Notes under the pieces: generated by a model
What the model saw: only the letters and a program-made list of their open reading frames with translations
Database searches by the model: none
What the model was told of the DNA's origin: nothing
In this document: positions 58,597-63,310 of the stretch, in pieces
How positions within the stretch are numbered: the first letter of the stretch is position 1
How the letters are laid out: the number at the start of each line of letters is the position of its first letter
Source of the DNA: Kiritimatiellia bacterium
Lineage (GTDB): Bacteria > Verrucomicrobiota > Kiritimatiellia > RFP12 > UBA3636
Direction: 5' to 3'
Assembly: GCA_017648065.1 (NCBI GenBank)
Contig: JAGCJJ010000083.1
Location: 1 to 63,310 of the forward strand
DNA length: 63,310 nt
Made by a program: the position numbers and the translations under genes

Positions 58597-58650
58597 GTTA
58601 TTTTACTTATGTTTGATGCTTTAATTGATATGTGATTTTAATTTATAGTT

Positions 58651-59454
58651 ATGCACAAGGTTACTGTAATAACACCGAGTTTTAACTCAGCTAAATTTAT
58701 AGAAATTTGTATAAAAAGTATCGCCATTCAACGGACAGAAACTTTTAAGGTCCGCCATATCATTATGGATGGTGGCAGTACAGATGGAACTGCTGATGTT
58801 GTGAAACCTTATCTAAACGAGGATACAGAATTTATTTCTAAATCTGATAAGGGACCAGCAGATGCAATAAATCATGGAATCGCACTTTCCAATAGCGAGT
58901 ATGTTTGCTGGTTGAATGCTGATGATGTTTATGAACCAGGAGCTCTTGAAAGAGCTGTTGCTATGCTCGATGCTAACCCTAAAGCATCTTTCTGTTATGG
59001 TTATTGCCCTATTATAAACGAGAATGGTAATGAAATTCGCAAGTTCATTACAAGATTCAAAGAGCTATTTTTCCCTATTGCTTCTTTGGCTATATTTCAA
59101 ACATTGAATTTTATTTCGCAGCCATCTGTTCTTTTTAGATCTTCTGCTGTTCGTGAAATAGGTGAACTTAAATTTGATCTTAAGGCAGCATGGGATTATG
59201 ACTTTTTACTTAGAATATGGAAAGTTGGTTCTCCAGTAAGAGTGAAGGCTATTCAGGCTTATTTTAGATGGACTCCTCAGTCAATTAGTGGACAAAATTT
59301 TGAGGTCCAATTTAAAGAGGCATTTTCTGCAGCAGTTAATCAAGCTGGTTATTGGAAGCCATGGATATGGATTCATTGGATAAGTATAAGATTTATAATT
59401 ATATTGTATTTATTGATGACTTTTAAACATAGGAAAAGGATGTCTAAAGCATGA
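58651..59454 (+). CDS. glycosyltransferase family 2
   Basis: VTVITPSFNSAKFI, MDGGSTDGT, LNADDVY. Confidence 0.8.
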   Translation: MHKVTVITPSFNSAKFIEICIKSIAIQRTETFKVRHIIMDGGSTDGTADVVKPYLNEDTEFISKSDKGPADAINHGIALSNSEYVCWLNADDVYEPGALERAVAMLDANPKASFCYGYCPIINENGNEIRKFITRFKELFFPIASLAIFQTLNFISQPSVLFRSSAVREIGELKFDLKAAWDYDFLLRIWKVGSPVRVKAIQAYFRWTPQSISGQNFEVQFKEAFSAAVNQAGYWKPWIWIHWISIRFIIILYLLMTFKHRKRMSKA

Positions 59455-60680
59455 AAATAGGTATCAATGCTTTGTTTTTAATTCCAGGTGAGGTCGGAGG
59501 AACAGAAACTTATTTGAGAAAGACGCTCATCGAACTCCCTTCTATTGCACCTGAGCATGAGTTTGTCATCTTTGCAAACGAAGAAAATCGTAATTTGTTG
59601 GCTAGAGATTTGGCAGATTTCTCTAATGTGTCAATTATAGATACAAAGGTTCATGCGACTTCTCGTTTGAAGCGTGTTTTACATGAGCAATTTGTTCTTC
59701 CTAAAGTTGTTTTATCTCAAAAAATTGATGTGCTTTGGAATCCTGGCAATATTTGCCCTTTGTATAAGCACACTTGCCCATATGTTACAACAATTCATGA
59801 TATGCAGTATATCTCATATCCAAATGACTTTACAAAGTTAGTGTTTTTCTTTATGAAGCATTTTACTCCTAAGGCAATTCTTAAGAGTGATGCAGTTGTA
59901 ACAAATTCAGAGTTTGCTCGTCAGGAAATAGTTCAATATTCTAAAGTTAAGGTGGATAGGGTACATGTTGTGCTCCCAGGTGTAACACAAAATTTCTCAG
60001 AGCACTTGGAGCCTGAATTTATTAAGGAACGTAAGATAGCTTTGCTTCATTCAAATGACCCTTATCTTTTAGTTGTTGCTAATAGCTATCCTCATAAAAG
60101 TATCGAAACAGCAATTGAAGCTTTTGGTAAACTTAATTTGACAAAACCATTGAATTTAGTAATCCTTGGCCGACCTCGATTAGGCGAGCCAGCGGTTCAA
60201 ACAGCAATTGAAGCATTACAAAATTCAGAGCGAATTATTCGCTTACACCATGTTGTAGAGAGTGATTTACGTGCTCTTTATCAAGGTGCTGCAGCATTTG
60301 TTTTCCCATCTAGATATGAAGGTTTTGGCCTCCCTGTGCTAGAAGGAATGTGTGCAAGAACTCCAGTAATTGCTGCAAGAAATGCTTCAATCCCTGAGGT
60401 AGGCGGCGACACCATTGAGTACTTTAATGGCGGTGATTATGAAGATTTGGCAATGGCTATAAAAAAAGTGCTTAATAAGAGTGAAGCTCAACTTAATGCT
60501 CAAATTACTGCTCAGGCACAACGTGCAACTCGCTTTAACTGGAAAGATACTGCTAAAAATATTCTTGCATTGTTGGTTGATACAGCAAAACTTAACGGCA
60601 ATAAAAATTCTAAGGACAAGCAAGCCGTGTCATCTGATTCTAAGGATGGTGTACCTCTTATTGGTACTTTAGGAAATTAA
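59451..60680 (+). CDS. glycosyltransferase family 4 (GT-B)
   Basis: FVFPSRYEGFGLPVLEGMCARTPVIA E-x7-E motif. ATGA overlap with the GT2 gene. Confidence 0.85.
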   Translation: MKIGINALFLIPGEVGGTETYLRKTLIELPSIAPEHEFVIFANEENRNLLARDLADFSNVSIIDTKVHATSRLKRVLHEQFVLPKVVLSQKIDVLWNPGNICPLYKHTCPYVTTIHDMQYISYPNDFTKLVFFFMKHFTPKAILKSDAVVTNSEFARQEIVQYSKVKVDRVHVVLPGVTQNFSEHLEPEFIKERKIALLHSNDPYLLVVANSYPHKSIETAIEAFGKLNLTKPLNLVILGRPRLGEPAVQTAIEALQNSERIIRLHHVVESDLRALYQGAAAFVFPSRYEGFGLPVLEGMCARTPVIAARNASIPEVGGDTIEYFNGGDYEDLAMAIKKVLNKSEAQLNAQITAQAQRATRFNWKDTAKNILALLVDTAKLNGNKNSKDKQAVSSDSKDGVPLIGTLGN

Positions 60681-60714
60681 AGGAAATATACTTATTTTGA
60701 ATGAAGGAGAATAT

Positions 60715-61299
60715 ATGGATAAAAAAGTATACATAATAAGTATTTTAATCCCAGATAGAATTGGTATTATTCGTGATGTAACAGGATGTGTTACAGAGTT
60801 GGGTGGAAATCTTACTGATTTGCATCAAATTGTTATGGGTGGAATTTTTTCTCTTAATTGTCTTGCAGAATTTAAAGAGGAGGTGTCTGTTTCTTCAATT
60901 AAGGAAAAGTTGAATCAATTTTTTGGAGATTTTCCTGAGGCAGTCCGTATTACCACTGCTAATGCAAAGAATGTTTCTTCAGCTCATAAGGTTGATAATA
61001 GTAAGTACTATGTTGCTGCTGTTTCTGGACCAGATCAGCCAGGACGCATTCATTTGATTACAAAGCTTTTTGCATCACATGGCGTAAATGTAGAAGATTG
61101 GCGCCACGATTTGACTGATAAAAATAATGCATTAACAATTGGTCTTATTACAATACCAGAGGATTGTAATTTAGCAAAGCTACAAGCAGAACTTCGTGAA
61201 ATTATGTCACCTTATGGAGTTAGTTGCAGTATTCGCCACGAAAATATTTTTAGAGCAACTAATGAAGTTGGACCAATTAGCGCATTGCTAACTCGCTAA
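60715..61299 (+). CDS. tandem ACT domain protein
   Basis: Two ACT-like repeats (IISILIPDRIGIIRDVTG; VAAVSGPDQPGRIHLITKLF). GAAGGAG RBS before ATG 60715. It precedes a UPF0210 gene, as ACT proteins commonly do. Confidence 0.7.
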   Translation: MDKKVYIISILIPDRIGIIRDVTGCVTELGGNLTDLHQIVMGGIFSLNCLAEFKEEVSVSSIKEKLNQFFGDFPEAVRITTANAKNVSSAHKVDNSKYYVAAVSGPDQPGRIHLITKLFASHGVNVEDWRHDLTDKNNALTIGLITIPEDCNLAKLQAELREIMSPYGVSCSIRHENIFRATNEVGPISALLTR

Positions 61300-61327
61300 T
61301 ATATGATTTACAAGGAGAAAAGATAAA

Positions 61328-62701
61328 ATGAGAAGTACCTCCGATTTGTCTGCCACATTAAGAATGATTGGCGAAGAGAATTTAGATGTAAGAACAGTTA
61401 CTCTTGGCGTAAACTTAAATGTTTGTGCTGATAGTGATCCAAAGAAAATGACAGAGGCTGTATATGAGCGTATTTGCCGCAATGCAGAGAAGCTTGTAAA
61501 AACAGCAGACGAAGTAGGTGCACAATATGGTGTAGAAATTGTAAATAAGCGTCTTGCTATTTCTCCTGCTTCTATACTACTTGAACGTCATGACCATGCC
61601 ACAGCGGTAGAGCTTGCAAAGGCACTTGACCGTGCTTGTGAGACTGTAGGCATTAATCTTTTGGGTGGCTTTACTGCACTTGTTCAAAAGGGTATGACAA
61701 GGGGAGAGCGTATTCTTATTGAGTCACTTCCTGCCGCATTAGCAGCAACTAAGCATGTATGTGCATCTGTAAATATTGGTACAACAAAGGCAGGTATCAA
61801 TGTTGATGCTGTATATTTGGTAGCAAAGCAGATTGTTGAGGTTGCACAGGCAACAAAAGCAGATAATGGTTTTGGTGCAGCAAAGTTAGTTGTTTTTGCA
61901 AATCAGCCAGAGGATAATCCATTTATGGCTGGTGCATTGCTAGGACCAGGTGAGCCTGAGACAGTGATTAATGTCGGTGTTAGTGGTCCAGGTGTGGTTA
62001 AGCGTGCTTTAGATCGCTTGTTTGCTCGTAAACCAAATGCAACCTTTGATGAGATTGCTGAGGAGGTTAAGCACACAGCATATCGCGTTACACGTGTTGG
62101 TGAGCTTGTTGGTCATGAGGTAGCAGCACGCCTTGGTGTGCGTTTTGGTGTTGTTGATTTGGCTCTTGCTCCTACACCAAAGGTAGGTGATTCCGTTGGA
62201 GAGATTTATCAAGCAATGGGCTTAAGCAAGATTGGTGCACCAGGAACAACAGCTGCAGTTATGATGCTTAATGATGCAGTGAAGAAGGGTGGTTCATTTG
62301 CTTCTGTTGCTGTAGGTGGCTTATCTGGTGCATTTATTCCTGTAATGGAGGATCATGCTTTATCTCAAGCTGTTACTGATGGAACATTGACACTTGAGAA
62401 ACTTGAAGCTATGACAGCAGTATGCTCTGTAGGTCTTGATATGATTATGTTGCCTGGTGATACTACACCAGAGACAATTGCAGGCATTATCCTTGACGAG
62501 GCTGCAATCGGTGTAACAAATCGTAAAACAACAGCAGTGCGTGTTATTCCTGTTCCAGGAGCAAAGGTAGGCGATACTTTTGACTTTGGAGGTCTATTTG
62601 GCGGTGGCACAGTTACAGCTCCTGTTTGTCAGGATGGTAATGAGATGTTCGTTCGCCGCGGAGGACACATCCCAGCACCAATTCATAGCTTAAGCAACTA
62701 A
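61328..62701 (+). CDS. UPF0210 / DUF711 (PFL-like) family protein
   Basis: A 457-aa length and the N-terminus TLRMIGEENLDVRTVTLGVNL are typical of UPF0210 proteins. Confidence 0.8.
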   Translation: MRSTSDLSATLRMIGEENLDVRTVTLGVNLNVCADSDPKKMTEAVYERICRNAEKLVKTADEVGAQYGVEIVNKRLAISPASILLERHDHATAVELAKALDRACETVGINLLGGFTALVQKGMTRGERILIESLPAALAATKHVCASVNIGTTKAGINVDAVYLVAKQIVEVAQATKADNGFGAAKLVVFANQPEDNPFMAGALLGPGEPETVINVGVSGPGVVKRALDRLFARKPNATFDEIAEEVKHTAYRVTRVGELVGHEVAARLGVRFGVVDLALAPTPKVGDSVGEIYQAMGLSKIGAPGTTAAVMMLNDAVKKGGSFASVAVGGLSGAFIPVMEDHALSQAVTDGTLTLEKLEAMTAVCSVGLDMIMLPGDTTPETIAGIILDEAAIGVTNRKTTAVRVIPVPGAKVGDTFDFGGLFGGGTVTAPVCQDGNEMFVRRGGHIPAPIHSLSN

Positions 62702-62731
62702 AACTTTTGTTTGGATTGTCTGTTTTAGAAT

Positions 62732-62771
62732 AGCGAGAGTGGTATGTGCCGCTCTCGCTTATATTTTTTTG
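62732..62771 (+). terminator. intrinsic terminator after the UPF0210 gene
   Basis: Stem agcgagag / ctctcgct followed by tatattttttt. Confidence 0.6.
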
Positions 62772-63072
62772 TAACAGAAGAATTTTGCCAATTCGATAGA
62801 ATGTGGTAATTAAATTACAGTAAATTGCCAAATATGGCACCTATGTCTCGTCTGTTGTATGAATGCTTTTTGCTACAAAAATTTGCTCTTACAACTTTTT
62901 GCATTGTGTTCTTGTCGTATCTTTTTTGAACTTTTGGTTACTACACTTACATTAACCCTTAGTTTTTTATGTTAATTCTCCAAAATGTATTTGATTTAAG
63001 CTGTTTGGTGTTTAAAAAATAATATTATTGTGATAAAATTTATAAATAAAGTTTAAATTAAAGGATTTTTTT

Positions 63073-63310
63073 ATGACAACTCAAGTTCCAGATGCTACAG
63101 CTTATATCCAATCTTTACTTGATAAAGGTGGTGAGGTGATTATTCCTGAGGGAACATATCGCATTACCTCAACATTGAAAATAAATAGCAATACTCATGT
63201 AAAAGCACACAAAAATGCACGTTTGTTCCTTTGTGGCGATACTCCAAAGTATAGAGGTGATTTTCTTTTGGATAATAGCGATCATGTTAATGGTAATGAA
63301 AATATTACTA
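63073..63310 (+). CDS. right-handed beta-helix / pectate-lyase-superfamily protein; C-terminus beyond window
   Basis: Open frame from ATG 63073 to the window end. D-x-T-x2-IQ-x-LL...GGEVIIPEGTYRITSTLKINSNTHV is the typical N-terminus of Pectate_lyase_3/GH28-related proteins. Confidence 0.6.
   Translation, partial: MTTQVPDATAYIQSLLDKGGEVIIPEGTYRITSTLKINSNTHVKAHKNARLFLCGDTPKYRGDFLLDNSDHVNGNENIT

Overview
63.3-kb chromosomal window from an AT-biased, compositionally mosaic bacterium. About 55 CDS, all but two on the + strand. I saw no rRNA, tRNA, CRISPR array, transposase or integrase. The gene content (oversized prepilin-type FTLIEL proteins, a secretin/GspE/GspF/PilT locus, a LysM-TPR lipoprotein) resembles PVC-group genomes (Lentisphaerota/Verrucomicrobiota-like), but taxonomy cannot be verified here. 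Layout: (1) 1-15.8 kb holds housekeeping and miscellaneous genes: metallophosphoesterase, NhaC antiporter, a MetX-MetW fusion, efp, smc, rfbA/rfbC. (2) 16.0-29.7 kb is a surface-glycan cassette: GT2, rfbF, SDR, rfbG, an FAD enzyme, TagF-like enzymes, DUF4422 and GT8 domains, and an MsbA-like ABC exporter. It is bracketed by direct copies of a palindromic, iteron-like element. Inside it are a segmental duplication, three gene remnants and domain fusions. (3) 29.7-37.6 kb holds a YeiH-like protein, PFK, a 1-PFK-family kinase, two tandem serine-hydrolase paralogues with gene-conversion patches, and a 651-aa unknown. (4) 37.7-47.4 kb is a compact type IV filament locus with a much higher GC content. 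It has two pilin-like proteins over 320 aa, two orphan membrane components, PilT, GspE/PilB, GspF/PilC and a secretin, but no prepilin peptidase. (5) 47.7-63.3 kb holds uxuA, an RpiB-SHMT fusion, a TyrRS whose HIGH motif reads QAGN, panD, a ParB-N-only protein, tcdA, a CoA transferase, GT2/GT4 and an ACT/UPF0210 pair. The best candidates for something undescribed are the repeat-bounded glycan cassette, possibly a teichoic-acid-like phosphodiester polymer made by TagF-like/GT8 enzymes, and the atypical type IV filament locus. All family calls rest on motifs read by eye and remembered homologues. No searches were run.
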